Below are positions 63,231 through 64,000 of a stretch of 64,000 nucleotides of DNA, piece after piece (within the stretch, counting starts at the first letter, position 1; each line of letters opens with the position of its first letter). This stretch comes from Phoronis australis (taxonomy: Eukaryota > Animalia > Phoronida), in assembly GCA_002633005.1 (NCBI GenBank), contig NMRA01000821.1, forward strand, positions 56,274-120,273. Direction: 5' to 3'. Both the position numbers and the translations under genes were made by a program. The notes under the pieces are model-generated. The model was not told the origin of the DNA. It saw only the letters and a program-made list of their open reading frames with translations, and ran no database searches.

Positions 63231-64000
63231 ATTTTATCGAAATCTCACATTGTATGCAATATTTAAAGACATTTTTCTCAGCAGTGTAAAAGAAAGACAT
63301 TTGTAGAGTTCTTGGCGGGAAAGTTTCCAGATAAAAACAATTTCATTGGCGTGTTCTTCACTTTTGACGAAAATCATTTGATTAACACATTTTTGGAAGA
63401 AGACTTGATGCTATACGACTACACTAAATACCACTGCTGCGCTGTTCCTGGATCAATAACACTCGTATCCAAGATTCATCAATTGGAAACATTAGATACA
63501 CAACTCTAATTTAATTTAAAAACTGTTTTTGTCATAAGAAGGCTCATTACCATTGACAATCTGCCGAGTAATTTGAACTCTACAATTAAAAGAGCGAAAG
63601 ATGCATGTTCATAATGCATATCACATGTACACACGGTTAGCAATTTTTCATTTAGGAGGTACAAGAAAACCCACAGACGATGTTTACGCAAAACACAGAG
63701 CTTCACAATTGCACTGACTGCCATCGAAATAATGACAGCTTGATCAACTTACAATCACTATTTGTGTAATAAATAAATCAATCTCAAAAATAATATTTCT
63801 TTGAAGATCGTTACACAGAGAGCACTGTTGACGAGAAAGGCGTTGTTCGTACAGGAGAAAATTCGCCGTTAAACTGCCTGTAGGAAGTACGAATTTTTAT
63901 AACCGTGTACAGTATAGGGTTTTAAGTTGCCCAAAGTGGTTTCAACCGTAAAAACAAATTATTTATGCATTTTTTAATTAAAAGTTTAACTAATACAGCC

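Larger units (their letters stand above)
57151..63600. repeat. Tandem duplication of a ~2.7-kb core unit (~57151-60297 vs ~60298-63600)
   Basis: Both start agaaaatgaaccctt.cgtgg.caattttgttgaaaa and end ggctcattacca...ctaca.ttaa.agagcgaaag. They are collinear apart from the MITE and the 64-bp expansion. Confidence 0.92.

Overview
Eukaryotic genomic DNA, AT-rich with GT-AG spliceosomal introns; it looks like an invertebrate bilaterian, but the organism cannot be named from the sequence. I reconstructed five protein-coding genes by hand. They are the 3' end of a CUB-LDLa single-pass membrane protein (+), a complete 10-exon (6-4) photolyase (-), p22phox/CYBA with an intronless CDS (+), TMCO1 (+, 6 exons) and FOXRED1 (-, 10 exons). 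Two local duplications, one in the photolyase and one upstream of CYBA, sit at single-N positions and are most likely uncollapsed haplotypes. The last ~18 kb has no intact gene. It holds kb-scale tandem duplications, a decayed THAP-HTH-DDE (ISL2EU/PIF-Harbinger-like) transposase, a MITE family with TG...CA ends and 4-bp target-site duplications (TSDs), and a 64-bp minisatellite expanded from 1 to 10 copies inside the THAP relic. I saw no convincing RNA gene or CRISPR array, and no clearly novel multi-gene system.
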